A stretch of 64,000 nt of DNA from Rickettsiales bacterium. Its GTDB lineage: Bacteria; Pseudomonadota; Alphaproteobacteria; Rickettsiales; UBA3002. Location: contig CBDFGU010000009.1 of the NCBI GenBank assembly GCA_965247335.1, forward strand, positions 139,519 through 203,518, given 5' to 3'. The position numbers and the translations under genes were made by a program. Below are positions 63,622 through 64,000 of this stretch, in pieces (position 1 is the first letter of the stretch; each line of letters begins with the position of its first letter). The notes beneath the pieces are model-generated. The model had not been told where the DNA came from and made no database searches. It saw nothing but the letters and a program-made list of their open reading frames with translations.

Positions 63622-64000
63622 TTATTCGCCTTGTTGCGAACCTTTTTCCGGACGGAAATTCGTCCGCATGGAAGGGCGCGCGAATAGCGGGCGCTGCCCC
63701 AGGCTCTTCGCATACCACCATACCACGGCCGCCATCGTCACGATGGCCATACCAAACACCCAGATCATCGCCGCGGCGGTCGAGTTACCGTTGATGCCGA
63801 TGACTGTCGCCGAACCGAAGATAGCGATGGCGATGACGAAACCAAGGAATTGCCCCAACACCGTCGAGAACTGATGTGTACGAAGGGCTCGGTGTTCCCA
63901 TTCATGACGGTGCCGCTGCTCACGCTCGAACATATCGATGATGCGCGTCGCCGAACCCGCAAGCACGGTGTCGTATGCTTCGAGTATCTCCGGCGATGGC
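63622..64000 (-). CDS. DUF2335-like phage-associated membrane protein, partial (N-terminus beyond the right window edge)
   Basis: The frame stays open upstream of the track's GTG to the window end: PSPEILEAYDTVLAGSATRIIDMFEREQRHRHEWE... followed by 2 TM segments. This matches the DUF2335 pattern. Confidence 0.6.
   Translation of the reverse strand, partial: PSPEILEAYDTVLAGSATRIIDMFEREQRHRHEWEHRALRTHQFSTVLGQFLGFVIAIAIFGSATVIGINGNSTAAAMIWVFGMAIVTMAAVVWWYAKSLGQRPLFARPSMRTNFRPEKGSQQGE

Noticed and set aside
1-64000. CRISPR arrays, rRNA genes, reverse transcriptase/retron or DGR elements, long tandem repeats
   Set aside because: Reading both strands, I noticed no regularly spaced short repeats, no rRNA-like conserved stretches and no RT motifs (YxDD). 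The only repeats found are the att-type and 34-nt repeats reported above.

Overview
This 64-kb window looks like an alphaproteobacterial chromosome. Supporting evidence is GTA g14/g15-type genes, the hfq-hflX and tig-clpP-clpX...lon neighbourhoods, and era-recO; no genus can be assigned from the sequence alone. It has four parts.

(1) 1-10.1 kb: envelope and redox genes, followed by a tightly packed ku-ligD-radical SAM-DUF4130/UDG gene string.

(2) 10.1-25.2 kb: an AT-richer composite genomic island inserted at tRNA-Phe(GAA).
- It is delimited by three identical 46-nt copies of the tRNA 3' end.
- It carries a P4-type integrase, a catalytic-domain-only tyrosine recombinase, an AlpA-like excisionase, an IS1595 transposase fragment and an AbiEii toxin fragment.
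- It also carries a five-gene surface-glycan cassette: 2 GT2 glycosyltransferases, a Wzx-like flippase and 2 acyltransferase-3 genes.

(3) 25.2-55.6 kb: mostly housekeeping genes (yacG, trhO, parC, recO, era, cspA, rhlE, pip, lon, clpX, clpP, tig, tRNA-Leu, valS, hfq, hflX). Interspersed are orphan genes, an ankyrin-repeat protein, a Cache-domain histidine-kinase-like protein that lacks the phospho-accepting His, and an orphan prepilin-like gene between clpX and lon.

(4) 55.6-64 kb: a GTA/phage-tail-like module (DUF2335 protein, g14 peptidase, g15 megatron-like protein, DUF2793) joined directly to a holin-endolysin cassette.

No rRNA, CRISPR array or reverse transcriptase was seen. The best candidates for something under-described are the island's accessory recombination module, the NHEJ plus radical-SAM/UDG four-gene unit, and the tail-plus-lysis module. 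All functional calls rest on motifs recognised by eye; no database search was run.
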